The notes under the pieces were generated by a model. The model was not told the origin of the DNA and searched no databases. It was given only the letters and a program-made list of their open reading frames with translations. From assembly GCA_042563375.1 (NCBI GenBank), contig JBHPMF010000004.1:14902-78901 (forward strand): a DNA stretch of 64,000 nt, written 5' to 3'. The stretch is from Elusimicrobiota bacterium. GTDB lineage: Bacteria; Elusimicrobiota; Elusimicrobia; JACQPE01. Within the stretch, counting starts at the first letter, position 1. Each line of letters starts with the position of its first letter. A program made the translations under genes and the position numbers. This document shows, in pieces, positions 42,761-51,794 of the stretch.

Positions 42761-43827
42761 TTCAGCTCCTTTTTTAGATCCTTCATCACATCTTCAAGCG
42801 GTCTGGTCTTAAAAATATTCATTTCCGTATAGAGATCAGCGCCTGAAGCATACATTTCACTGACCAACTTCGCAAGTTTTGGATCGATCTTCTTCGGCTT
42901 GGACTTGACCAGGGTTTTCCAATTCTCAATGCCTTTGCTTCTGGCATCCTTCTTTGCCTGTTCAACCTCCTCCACCCATTCTGCCTGATGTTTCTTGTAA
43001 TACTGCCTTAGGATCTCCTTGCTGATCTGCGCGCCCTTAAATACAAAACGGTTCTCATCAAAAGTACCCACAACATCAGCCACGCATATTCCGTCAATGA
43101 AGATATATTCGTGTTTTCCGTCGAAATCAGTCAGCCCGACCTCTTCGGCTCTGCGTGCCACAAAGGTGGACACCTGATCCCTCGTCTCCTTGAGCGCATC
43201 AAACTGCTTTTTCGTCAATCCTGATATCTCATAAGCTTGCTCATCGCTTAACGGCCTGTCGCTCTGCTCGAACTTGGTCGTGAAATCATAACCGGGCCTG
43301 GGAAATATGTCTCCGGGCTTTGGAGCCTTCTTTAAGCCGTATTTTTTAAAAAGAAGTTTGAGATTTTTCTTGTCGCCTTTCTTTGCGAGCTCTGATATCT
43401 TTTTAAGCAGCGAACTCCCCTCTGGCGTTCCGCGCCTGTAGATATTCTCAAGCGGTATCACGTAATTGTTTATCTTGCCCCTGTTGCTCATAAAGAACTC
43501 ATAATCATTCCTGCCGTCAACGAATTCCGGCTCTATGACCCTGGATAGCTGGATCACCATCTTATTAGAAGGCGCTTTGAGCTTATCTGTCTTGACGATT
43601 TTCCCGTCTTGCATCACTCCGACATAATGGGTCTTTATGCCCATTTCCTCAAGCTGCTCAAAGTTCCATGATGCCATGGTGCAAAGAGCCGCGCCTTTAT
43701 TCGGTATGCGATCAGGCATCTCGCCCCAGTCAAACACAGAGTATCGGTCTGAAAAAGTCCAAACACCTTGCCCTAATTTGGTTTCAGTCGGCTTCTCGAT
43801 TATTTTTAAGTCTTTAACACTTCCCAT
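42757..43827 (-). CDS. purC: SAICAR synthetase (long form)
   Basis: 356 aa. MGSVKDLKII...GQGVWTFSDRYSVFDWG. Lies in the pur cluster with an ATGA overlap to purE. Confidence 0.85.
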   Translation of the reverse strand: MGSVKDLKIIEKPTETKLGQGVWTFSDRYSVFDWGEMPDRIPNKGAALCTMASWNFEQLEEMGIKTHYVGVMQDGKIVKTDKLKAPSNKMVIQLSRVIEPEFVDGRNDYEFFMSNRGKINNYVIPLENIYRRGTPEGSSLLKKISELAKKGDKKNLKLLFKKYGLKKAPKPGDIFPRPGYDFTTKFEQSDRPLSDEQAYEISGLTKKQFDALKETRDQVSTFVARRAEEVGLTDFDGKHEYIFIDGICVADVVGTFDENRFVFKGAQISKEILRQYYKKHQAEWVEEVEQAKKDARSKGIENWKTLVKSKPKKIDPKLAKLVSEMYASGADLYTEMNIFKTRPLEDVMKDLKKELK

Positions 43828-43852
43828 AATTACCTCTCTGTTACATTTTTTA

Positions 43853-43881
43853 TGTCATGCTGAATTTATTTCAGCATCTCA
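43853..43881. repeat. family E-like hairpin (purH-purC intergenic)
   Basis: TGTCATGCTGAATTTATTTCAGCATCTCA. Same layout as the family E arms (TGTCATSCTGAA...TTCAGSATCTCA). Confidence 0.8.
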
Positions 43882-43920
43882 TTAAGTTCTCAGCTATTTT
43901 TCCCTTTTTCGCCTTCTCTT

Positions 43921-45114
43921 CTATCTATGCAGGAAACATCTCTCGCTGTCTGATGTTCCCGGCTTTCTTGTCACGATCATGGCGATCCCAAGCTCATCAG
44001 CTTTAGCTAACACTTCCTCGTCCTTATTCGAGCCAAGCGGATATATGATCGCCTTTATGTTGTTTCTTGCTGCAAGCTCCACAACATCCGCAAACGGCAT
44101 ATAAGCATCCGAAGCCAGAACGCAGTCCTTAGGCCCGTAACCCCTCTGCGATGCAACGATCGCATTATTAGCCGAGTCGATCCTGCTTCTCTGGCCTGAG
44201 CCTATGCCGTGCGTCTTGTCCTTTTGCCCGATGATCACGGCATTCGATCTTGTGAACCCCGCCACTATCCATGTAAATATTGCCGCGTCGATCTCATCAT
44301 TGCCCAGCTTCCTTTTCGAGATGATCTCCACGCAATCCCGCGATATCACGCGCGTATCGTATTTGTTCTGGACAAGAAGCCCTCCTGCCACTCTCTTGTA
44401 TTCAGTATCTTCATACACGGCAGGCTTGTTGATGTCAGCCATCTTTACGACCCGCAATGCTTTTCTTGCTGAAAGAATATCAAGAGCCTTGGCTGCGAAT
44501 GATGGAGCATATACCACTTCGATATTCCGCCTGCCCTCGCAAAGGAGCTTGGCAAGCTCCTCGGTCACCTCATAGTTAAAAACATCCACACTGCCGAAAT
44601 TAGACAGCTCATCGCACTTCCACGCTTTCTCAAAAGTTTGAACAGGCTCCTCTCCTATGGCCACAGAACTCGGCATCTCATGCTTCATCACAGCGCACAC
44701 ATGCTTGCCGGGAAAAGCATCATGGAGTTTTTTTACAAGCCTCTGGCCCAGGTCCATATCCCCGATATTTATATAACTCAAACCCTTTGCGCCTTCTCTA
44801 AGCACTTCCATAGTAGCCATCAAGGGACCCATGGCTCCCTCTTCGCTGTAAAATGCCGCCGGCTGGCCCGGGTTCTCTCCATATCTTAATGACATTATCT
44901 TCTTTAAATTAAGCGACGCACCCTCAAGATGTTTGCGCAATTTGGCAATGACCGCATCCGCCTCGCTCTTTGAGATCTTGTTGGAAAGCTCTTTCTCAAG
45001 AACTGTGATCATGCTGCACGGGTCTGTTATCAGCAATTCCTGTGAGAACCGCTCTTCTACCTTTCTCTTATATTGACTCTGTCTTTGAGCATCCAGTTTA
45101 ACTGTATTAGGCAT
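43921..45114 (-). CDS. purH: AICAR formyltransferase domain protein (C-terminal half of PurH as a separate ORF)
   Basis: 397 aa. SLRYGENPGQPAAFY, GLSYINIGDMD, and SDAYMPFADVVELAARNNIKAIIYPLGS are AICARFT hallmarks. Confidence 0.85.
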   Translation of the reverse strand: MPNTVKLDAQRQSQYKRKVEERFSQELLITDPCSMITVLEKELSNKISKSEADAVIAKLRKHLEGASLNLKKIMSLRYGENPGQPAAFYSEEGAMGPLMATMEVLREGAKGLSYINIGDMDLGQRLVKKLHDAFPGKHVCAVMKHEMPSSVAIGEEPVQTFEKAWKCDELSNFGSVDVFNYEVTEELAKLLCEGRRNIEVVYAPSFAAKALDILSARKALRVVKMADINKPAVYEDTEYKRVAGGLLVQNKYDTRVISRDCVEIISKRKLGNDEIDAAIFTWIVAGFTRSNAVIIGQKDKTHGIGSGQRSRIDSANNAIVASQRGYGPKDCVLASDAYMPFADVVELAARNNIKAIIYPLGSNKDEEVLAKADELGIAMIVTRKPGTSDSERCFLHR

Positions 45115-45709
45115 GAACCCCCCTGTAATATTGTGCGAGTTTATTATCGTAATTTGCGGTTACTTCAAACACTTTTCCGGCAAGTTCCATTCGCCGATCA
45201 AGCGTTAAACCTCCTTTTTGTTTTATCTCATTGGCCACCGGAAGATAGTCAGCCGGATCAGCCACCACTCCCACATATTTATGATTCTTCGCTGCCGCGC
45301 GGATCAATGTAGGACCTCCGATATCTGTTAATTCAACGACCTGATCCATAGTCGCGTTCTTTGAAAGCGCCTCTTCCACAGGATATAGATTCACGACAAC
45401 CAGGCCGATATCAAGAATATCATGCTGCGCTGCTTCTTTGACATCCTGCTCATTATCTCTTCTGTATAAAATTCCTCCATGTACTTTTGGATGAAGAGTC
45501 ACTACCCTGTGCCCGAAAAGAGCCGGATACGTCGTGTATTGGGCTATATCTTTTGTATCAATGCCTGCTTCTTTGAGTTTCTTTGCGGTGCCCCCGCTCG
45601 ACAAAATCTTTATATTGCAGGATTGCAGGATCTTAGCCATCTCCACGATCCCATCTTTATAATAAACGCTCATCAACGCATATTTGATCGGCAAAATATT
45701 ATTACTCAT
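45107..45709 (-). CDS. purH: IMP cyclohydrolase / MGS-like domain protein (N-terminal half of PurH as a separate ORF)
   Basis: 200 aa. ALMSVYYKDGIVEMAKIL...ILSSGGTAKKL...RVVTLHPKVHGGIL...VVVNLYP...TDIGGPTLIRAAAKNH. The stop overlaps the next ATG (ATGCCTAA). Confidence 0.85.
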   Translation of the reverse strand: MSNNILPIKYALMSVYYKDGIVEMAKILQSCNIKILSSGGTAKKLKEAGIDTKDIAQYTTYPALFGHRVVTLHPKVHGGILYRRDNEQDVKEAAQHDILDIGLVVVNLYPVEEALSKNATMDQVVELTDIGGPTLIRAAAKNHKYVGVVADPADYLPVANEIKQKGGLTLDRRMELAGKVFEVTANYDNKLAQYYRGVHA

Positions 45710-45748
45710 GTTACAAGCCCCTCTTGTTGTTTTTTTGCATTCCCTTTT

Positions 45749-45782
45749 TCACTTTTTTCACCTTTGTCACTTTTTTCACCTT
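45749..45782. repeat. 16-nt tandem direct repeat (2 copies, 18-nt period) between guaB and purH
   Basis: TCACTTTTTTCACCTT at 45749-45764 and again at 45767-45782. Confidence 0.9.
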
Positions 45783-45790
45783 CTTTATTA

Positions 45791-47308
45791 CTACGATCTC
45801 CTTTTCCCGGGATAATTAGGAGCGTCCTTCGTTATCACTATCTCATGTGGATGAGATTCTTCCTTGCCTGACTGGCTTATTCTCCATAAATCCGCTTTAT
45901 CCTGGAGTTCGGCAATATTTTTCGCTCCAACATAACCCATGCCTTTTTTTAAGCCCCCTATGTACTGGATAAGCAAGGGTTCGATCGAACCTTTATAGGG
46001 CACAAGCCCCTCAATACCTTCAGGAACCATGTATTCAGCTTTGGTGCCCTGTTCTTTATATCTATCGCGACTGCTTGCACTTGCAGCCAAAGCTTCCAGG
46101 CTTCCCATGCCCCGATAATTCTTCCACTGCCTGCCTTCCCATAGGATCACTTCACCCGGAGTTTCTTCGGTGCCCGAGAGGAGGTTGCCCGCCATAACTG
46201 ATGAGGCCCCAACAGCGATCGCAACTGAAATGTCACCTGAATAACTTATGCCTCCGTCAGCGCATACAGGCACCCTTCCCTTAGCTGCTTTCGCGCAATT
46301 ATACACTGCTGTCACTTGAGGACAGCCTATACCGGCCACGATCCTTGTTGTGCAGATCGATCCGGGCCCCTGGCCTACTTTTATTCCATCAACTCCGGCT
46401 TCGATGAGATCATCGACGCTCTCAGGCTCACTCACATTTCCAGCCACAACATCAACTTTATACTTGGCCTTGATCTTAAATATCGTGCTTATCACAGCCT
46501 TATTATGGCCATGGGCCGTATCGATCACAAGCACATCAGCGTGCTTATCAATGAGTCTTTCTATCCGCTCTTCTTCCGCGTCTGATTCCCAAACTCCGAT
46601 AGCTGCTCCCACTCGCAGCTGCCCCAAAGAATCAATATTAAACATTCCCTGCTCGCGAGTCACTATTCTTTTTACATCACTGTAAATATAAAGCCCCTTA
46701 AGCTTAAGGTCTTTATCAACAAGAGGAAGAAGCTTTTTCTTATTCTCCCTCATTTTCTTGTAAGCGGTTTTTATGTCGCATTTCTCGCTTGCCGTAACCA
46801 GATCAGTGCTCATGACGTCTTTGATCGAGACGCCGGGTTTCTCGATAAAATCCAGGTCATTGCCCGTGATAACGCCCACGAGCTTTTCCGATGACCTTGA
46901 GAGGATCGGAAAACTGTCGAATTCATAACCTTTCTCTTTTTTTCGCGCGAGTATCTCCTTTACTGACTGGTCTTCAAAGAAATAAACAGGCTTTCTTATA
47001 AGAGCGTTCAAATGATGCTTTACAGCGTCTACATGATCAGCCTGATCCTTGGGCGCAAGCCCTCTATGGACAATGCCCAGACCCCCAAGCTTGGCTATTG
47101 CGATCGCCATGCGCGTCTGAGTGACATTATCCATTGCAGCGCTCACGATCGGCATCTTAAGCGGGACATGCTTTGAGAATTGTGAGTTGACATCCGCTTG
47201 CGCAGGCAGGATATCCGAATATTGGGTCTTAAGCCTCACATCCTCATAAGCCAATGCTAATCCCAATTCATCCATCCGCGCGAAAAATTTATCGAGTTTT
47301 TTGTTCAT
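45791..47308 (-). CDS. guaB: IMP dehydrogenase
   Basis: 505 aa. CBS pair, catalytic loop GIKVGQGPGSICTTR, C-terminal ...ESHPHEIVITKDAPNY. Confidence 0.95.
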   Translation of the reverse strand: MNKKLDKFFARMDELGLALAYEDVRLKTQYSDILPAQADVNSQFSKHVPLKMPIVSAAMDNVTQTRMAIAIAKLGGLGIVHRGLAPKDQADHVDAVKHHLNALIRKPVYFFEDQSVKEILARKKEKGYEFDSFPILSRSSEKLVGVITGNDLDFIEKPGVSIKDVMSTDLVTASEKCDIKTAYKKMRENKKKLLPLVDKDLKLKGLYIYSDVKRIVTREQGMFNIDSLGQLRVGAAIGVWESDAEEERIERLIDKHADVLVIDTAHGHNKAVISTIFKIKAKYKVDVVAGNVSEPESVDDLIEAGVDGIKVGQGPGSICTTRIVAGIGCPQVTAVYNCAKAAKGRVPVCADGGISYSGDISVAIAVGASSVMAGNLLSGTEETPGEVILWEGRQWKNYRGMGSLEALAASASSRDRYKEQGTKAEYMVPEGIEGLVPYKGSIEPLLIQYIGGLKKGMGYVGAKNIAELQDKADLWRISQSGKEESHPHEIVITKDAPNYPGKRRS

Positions 47309-47867
47309 TATTTATCCCTCTTTTTAGCCAATCTTCTTTAAAGACTCTGTATATATAATGAGGCACTTCAACTGCGTCGCCTATGGTGCTTTTATGAGCC
47401 GGGCACCACACGCCTTCGCCAACCCTTTTACCTCCAACAGCTTCCTGCATTTTCACAGATGCTATGTTGCCCTTATTGGGCGTTGCCTGCACAGCAGAGC
47501 AATCAGTGTTCTTGAAAAGATAACAAATAAGTCCCTTTTTTATCTCAGTGCCGTAACCTTTGCCCCAGTATTTCGGAAGAAGTTTGACATCTGTTTCACT
47601 GACACCCTCTTTATCCGGAAGCATCAGCTTGCATTCCCCTATGAGCTCATTACCGGCTTTGGCCTCAACAATAAGATATTGGCTGAATTCCGTATCATCA
47701 TGGTTTTTAATATCAGAGAGTATCTTTTCTTTAGTCGTCTTAAGGCCTTGCGGGAATCCCACATTTTTCATGACTTGAGGATTGGTCCACACACTGTAAA
47801 GCAGGTCAACGTCTGAAGGTAAAGGTTCGGCTTTCCGGATGAGCAATCTTGCTGTCTCGAAGATCAT
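47289..47867 (-). CDS. GNAT-family N-acetyltransferase (RimJ/RimL-like)
   Basis: 192 aa. MIFETARLLIRK... and KYWGKGYGTE (Q/RxxGxG/A-like acetyl-CoA site). Confidence 0.75.
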   Translation of the reverse strand: MIFETARLLIRKAEPLPSDVDLLYSVWTNPQVMKNVGFPQGLKTTKEKILSDIKNHDDTEFSQYLIVEAKAGNELIGECKLMLPDKEGVSETDVKLLPKYWGKGYGTEIKKGLICYLFKNTDCSAVQATPNKGNIASVKMQEAVGGKRVGEGVWCPAHKSTIGDAVEVPHYIYRVFKEDWLKRGINNEQKTR

Positions 47868-48077
47868 AATTACAAAGACCCGCCTCTTGATAATTTCTGA
47901 CTTTTTTCTAACTTGGAACTTGGGGCAAAATACCCTTGAGATGATAATCTCAATGATATTACAGCTCTCATAACTGCCTATTTGAAATATACAACTTTAA
48001 AATCAAACAAGCAAAGACCGCGATCAATGTATACGCTATCTTGTGGGTAGGTAAGTCCGGATAACTAAATCTTGTGG

Positions 48078-48773
48078 TCAATCAATGACCAAAAACGGCG
48101 TGGGATCCTGCAAAAGGTAATATGTTTCATTCACCCAACTTGTTCCTGTGGCAGCGCAAAGCGCCCTTAAGATCACATCATTATAAGGGTCAACAGCCAA
48201 TGTTCTTACAACATTTTTGTCCTTTTCAACGCGTACCAGCTCTTCAACAGCACGCTTGGCTTTGATCATATCCTGGATAGCCCAGGTTTTCTTGCGCATA
48301 AGATATTCGTCATCCCAGCTTGAATCACACCAGAATATGACATCGAATCTGGCGCTGTAGATCGCTTTACGCGCATTCACAAGAGCTTTTTCATCCGCCA
48401 AGATCAGGTATTTATGGATATCCTCGTTCTCTTTCTGCTCTCCATACAGCCCATAACGCACACTCTTCTCCCGGGATTTAACAAAACATTGGGAAGAATC
48501 AAGGATAAGAGCATTGTAACGCTCAATATCAGGTCTCTTGTTCGCGGCAACCACGAATTCCCTTAATTTAAGGATATCCGCCCTGTTGTTTTTTCTTTCA
48601 TTGAAGATAATGTCGTCCGACGGGAAATCATGAAAACAATACTGCTGCACATAATACTTCACGCTTGAGAAACGAAATTCAACATCATCGAGCTCATACG
48701 CAGCATCCTGAGAAAAAGCAAGCGCCGGAAACATGAATAAGCTTAAAACAAAACCGCAAATAATCCTGTTCAT
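48078..48773 (-). CDS. secreted hypothetical protein
   Basis: 231 aa. Signal peptide MNRIICGFVLSLFMFPALAFS/QD. No recognisable domain. Confidence 0.5.
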   Translation of the reverse strand: MNRIICGFVLSLFMFPALAFSQDAAYELDDVEFRFSSVKYYVQQYCFHDFPSDDIIFNERKNNRADILKLREFVVAANKRPDIERYNALILDSSQCFVKSREKSVRYGLYGEQKENEDIHKYLILADEKALVNARKAIYSARFDVIFWCDSSWDDEYLMRKKTWAIQDMIKAKRAVEELVRVEKDKNVVRTLAVDPYNDVILRALCAATGTSWVNETYYLLQDPTPFLVID

Positions 48774-48864
48774 AATACCTCCAAATAAATATTATTTCAC
48801 AGGTAAGCAAGCGGAACATAGGACTTTAGGGAAGTTTCCCCTTAGGACCAATGCCGATAACCCG

Positions 48865-48936
48865 GCACCGGGGTCAAAGCTTAGAATTGCGCTTTTCGCT
48901 ATGCAAAAGCGCAATTCTAAGCTTTGACCCCGGTGC
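48865..48936. repeat. 32-bp perfect-stem hairpin just 3' of the thioredoxin-like gene
   Basis: GCACCGGGGTCAAAGCTTAGAATTGCGCTTTT (48865-48896), an 8-nt loop, then the exact complement at 48905-48936. Confidence 0.95.
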
Positions 48937-48938
48937 TG

Positions 48939-49175
48939 CTACTCTTTGAGCATTGCTTTGATTTCTTCTGTGGTGGGGACTTTGCCTGTTGTTTTTATGA
49001 TCCCGTCTATTGAAAGAGCAGGCGTGATAAATACGCCGCGCGCAGCTATTGCTTTCATGTCTTTGACTTTTTCCATGTAGCATTCAATGCCGAGTTCTTT
49101 AGCAGCGGTCTCCGCGTTTTTATAGAGCTTGTCGCATTTTGCGCATCCTATACCGAATATCTGTATGAAAGCCAT
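48939..49175 (-). CDS. thioredoxin-fold small protein (redox-active disulfide protein 2 / MTH895-like)
   Basis: 78 aa. MAFIQIFGIGCAKCDKLYKNA has a CxxC at the end of strand 1. It sits directly downstream of the DUF318-type permease. Confidence 0.75.
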   Translation of the reverse strand: MAFIQIFGIGCAKCDKLYKNAETAAKELGIECYMEKVKDMKAIAARGVFITPALSIDGIIKTTGKVPTTEEIKAMLKE

Positions 49176-49184
49176 GTTTCCTCC

Positions 49185-50483
49185 TTAGAATAAACTCCCG
49201 TAGATCATACCGGCTATGGTTGAATTCAAAACCACTAATCCGATAAAAACACCTGTCTTTTTGATTCCCATCACGCTCTTTAGCACCAACATGCTGGGCA
49301 AAGATATCGCAGGCCCTGCCAAAAGCAGGGCCAGAGCCGGACCTTTTCCCATGCCGCTTCCGATCAATCCCTGCAAAATAGGCACTTCTGTCAATGTTGC
49401 GAAATACATGAAGGCTCCGACAATAGAAGCGAACAGGTTGGCGGATAATGAGTTCCCGCCCACAAGGCTGGCTATCCACCCTGAGGGTATTGTGCCTTCC
49501 TGCCCGGGTCTTCCAAGAAAAAACCCGGCAGCCAGAACCCCGTAGAAAAGAAGAGGCATTATCTGTTTGGCAAGATCCCAGGATGCGCCAAGCCAGTCAT
49601 TAAGCTCTCCTTTCTCCCTGCCTAAAACGATCGATAATCCAACAACGCCCATGATAAACGCGAACACAGGGGATTGCGGCAAAACAATAACCGCAACTGC
49701 AACAGCAGTTAAAACCAATACAAGACTCTTGCGGCGAACCCCATACCACTTAACAAGAAACGCGCCCAGCAGCACTGAAAAAACCAAAACCATGATCCAT
49801 TTAACGCTATAGATCGCATACCACATTCCCTGCGCTGCCTGAGGCTCTGCCCAATTCGCGAATACTAGGATGCCTACCATTGACGCGAAATAAAGCGCAT
49901 TCTGCCATAATGGCCTATCTACATGGACTTCAGGAGCGAGCATCTGCGCATCTGCTTTTTCTTTTTCTTCCTTGCGATATATCAAATGCATCATCAGGCC
50001 TATCACAATACTGAACACTATGGCGCCCAATGCCCTGGCGATCCCGAGTTTTAATCCCAATATACGTCCTGTCATGATTATGGCCAGGATATTGATCGCA
50101 GGCCCGGCATATAAAAACGCTGTAGCAGGACCTATGCCTGCTCCGCGGGTATAGATGCCGGCGAACAGCGGAAGGATCGTGCAGGAGCAGACAGCCAGCA
50201 CAGAGCCTGACACGGAAGCCACTGAATAAGCCAGGATCTTTTTGGCCCTGGCCCCGAAATATTTGATGACTGATGCCTGGCTCACGAACACTGAAATGGC
50301 GCCCGCAATGAACATCGCCGGAACAAGACACAGGATCACATGCTCCCTGGCATACCATTGGACCAGGGCTATTGCTTCAAAAAAAGGATTCGTGAAATGC
50401 CCTTCGCTTATCGGCAGCAGATAGAAAAAAGCGAAAACACTTATAATACCCGCAAAAGGTTTCCATTCTTCTTTTAGAGTCAT
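49185..50483 (-). CDS. DUF318/ArsP-like permease
   Basis: 432 aa and polytopic. SVASVSGSVLAVCSCTILPLFAGIY has the Cys pair typical of this permease family. Confidence 0.7.
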   Translation of the reverse strand: MTLKEEWKPFAGIISVFAFFYLLPISEGHFTNPFFEAIALVQWYAREHVILCLVPAMFIAGAISVFVSQASVIKYFGARAKKILAYSVASVSGSVLAVCSCTILPLFAGIYTRGAGIGPATAFLYAGPAINILAIIMTGRILGLKLGIARALGAIVFSIVIGLMMHLIYRKEEKEKADAQMLAPEVHVDRPLWQNALYFASMVGILVFANWAEPQAAQGMWYAIYSVKWIMVLVFSVLLGAFLVKWYGVRRKSLVLVLTAVAVAVIVLPQSPVFAFIMGVVGLSIVLGREKGELNDWLGASWDLAKQIMPLLFYGVLAAGFFLGRPGQEGTIPSGWIASLVGGNSLSANLFASIVGAFMYFATLTEVPILQGLIGSGMGKGPALALLLAGPAISLPSMLVLKSVMGIKKTGVFIGLVVLNSTIAGMIYGSLF

Positions 50484-50496
50484 AGAGTTGATTCCA

Positions 50497-50988
50497 CTAT
50501 TTTTGCTGTAAAAATCTCTTCAGCATTTCAGCCTTTTCAATTCGTCCCAAAACCTTATATGCCTGGTACTCATAAGCCAAGGACAAAACCGGTATTTGCA
50601 TCTTCTCGATAATAACAAACTTTTTGTATTTATCGATATTCACGGGTAACTCCCAGGTCCCATCAGGCGGGCATTTCTGGATATCACCCATGATCTCCAC
50701 CTTCACCCCGCCAACGGCCAACTCTCCGAAGTACGATTTGATCTTCTCTGTTGAGCGCAAAACGACCTTCTTGGTTATATACTGCGAAAATATCTTTTCT
50801 ATCTCAAAGGCTCCGTCTTTGTCAGTCTGAATGTCAATATCATTGGGCGTGACAGGTACGCCTTGCAAAGCGAAATTCATGCTTCCTGTAAGAGCCCAGT
50901 TTATTTTTGAGTTACTGAGTTTGGAAAGGATTTTTTCAAGAACGGATAAATGAGAGGCTGGGATCACTGCTTTCTGTTTGCTTCCCAT
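50497..50988 (-). CDS. nucleotidyltransferase-fold protein
   Basis: 163 aa. INWALTGSMNFALQGVPVTPNDIDIQT matches the G-S...D-x-D NTase signature. Confidence 0.5.
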   Translation of the reverse strand: MGSKQKAVIPASHLSVLEKILSKLSNSKINWALTGSMNFALQGVPVTPNDIDIQTDKDGAFEIEKIFSQYITKKVVLRSTEKIKSYFGELAVGGVKVEIMGDIQKCPPDGTWELPVNIDKYKKFVIIEKMQIPVLSLAYEYQAYKVLGRIEKAEMLKRFLQQK

Positions 50989-51728
50989 AAGATAACGGAA
51001 GCAGCATGAGAGACATTAAGGGAATCAATATTTTGTGATTCCCTGATGGGAATACGCACAAGCATATCGCATAATTTTCTGGTTAATTGGCGCATACCCT
51101 GGCTCTCAGAACCCAATACAATACAGATCTTCTTTGGCCAATCACCCATTTTCCTGATATCCTGGGCATCAGACCCTGAATCCGCACCTATAATCCAAAA
51201 ATCAGCGTCTTTAAGCTTGTTGAACACATTGGCCAGATTGCTTGCTTCGCAAAAATCAATATCTTCCGCTGCTCCCTGGCTGATCTTCCAGACTGCCGGA
51301 TGGATCAATGGAGCGCTTCTGTCTCTTGCAGCCACTATAGCCCTGATCCCGAAACAAGCAGCAGTTCTGGTTATCGCCCCGATATTGGTATGGTCGGTTA
51401 TGCAATCAAGAGCAAGAAGCTTCATGCCTGATGCCTGCGCTTGATCCGATTTTGACTCAAAGATCAGATCATTGATCTCAACGCGCTCAGGAGATCCGTT
51501 TAATTTAAGAATAACACCTTGATGATTAAAAAACCCTCCCGCAACCGAATCCATGTGTTTTCTATCGAGCTTCTTGATCTGTGCTTTGCGTTTATTCGCC
51601 AAAGAAGCGATGGTCCTGCCAAAATCAGCATCAACAAGATGGGAAGCGATCATAAGCTCCTGGAAATCGTATTTTCTTTTTGATCGAAGAGCAGCTAAAA
51701 CAGACTTTTTTCCGGAAATTTCAAACAA
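50964..51728 (-). CDS. rlmB: SpoU/TrmH-family RNA 2'-O-methyltransferase (RlmB-like)
   Basis: 254 aa with a TTG start. GKKSVLAALRS at the N-terminus and SPOUT motifs (HTNIGAITRTAACFG, VLGSESQGM, IPIRESQNIDSLNVSHAASVILWE). Its position after cysS matches Bacillus yacO. Confidence 0.75.
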   Translation of the reverse strand: MFEISGKKSVLAALRSKRKYDFQELMIASHLVDADFGRTIASLANKRKAQIKKLDRKHMDSVAGGFFNHQGVILKLNGSPERVEINDLIFESKSDQAQASGMKLLALDCITDHTNIGAITRTAACFGIRAIVAARDRSAPLIHPAVWKISQGAAEDIDFCEASNLANVFNKLKDADFWIIGADSGSDAQDIRKMGDWPKKICIVLGSESQGMRQLTRKLCDMLVRIPIRESQNIDSLNVSHAASVILWEANRKQ

Positions 51729-51730
51729 GG

Positions 51731-51778
51731 TCCACCCCCACCTAAACCTCCCCCCTCAAGGGGGAGGAAAATAAAGAA
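51731..51778. repeat. family A repeat, copy A7 (cysS-rlmB intergenic; G-tract arm inverted)
   Basis: TCCACCCCCACCTAAACCTCCCCCCTCAAGGGGGAGGAAAATAAAGAAG. Confidence 0.8.
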
Positions 51779-51794
51779 GGGGAAATTTCAAACA

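Noticed and set aside
49120-50358. Out-of-frame minus-strand ORFs 49120-49479 and 49930-50358 inside the permease gene.
   Set aside because: They are alternative frames of a polytopic membrane gene, with Arg/Gly-rich nonsense-like composition.
8655-51778. The possibility that the family A repeats form a CRISPR array.
   Set aside because: Copies are kilobases apart, in both orientations and of variable length. No regular repeat-spacer periodicity exists and there are no cas genes.
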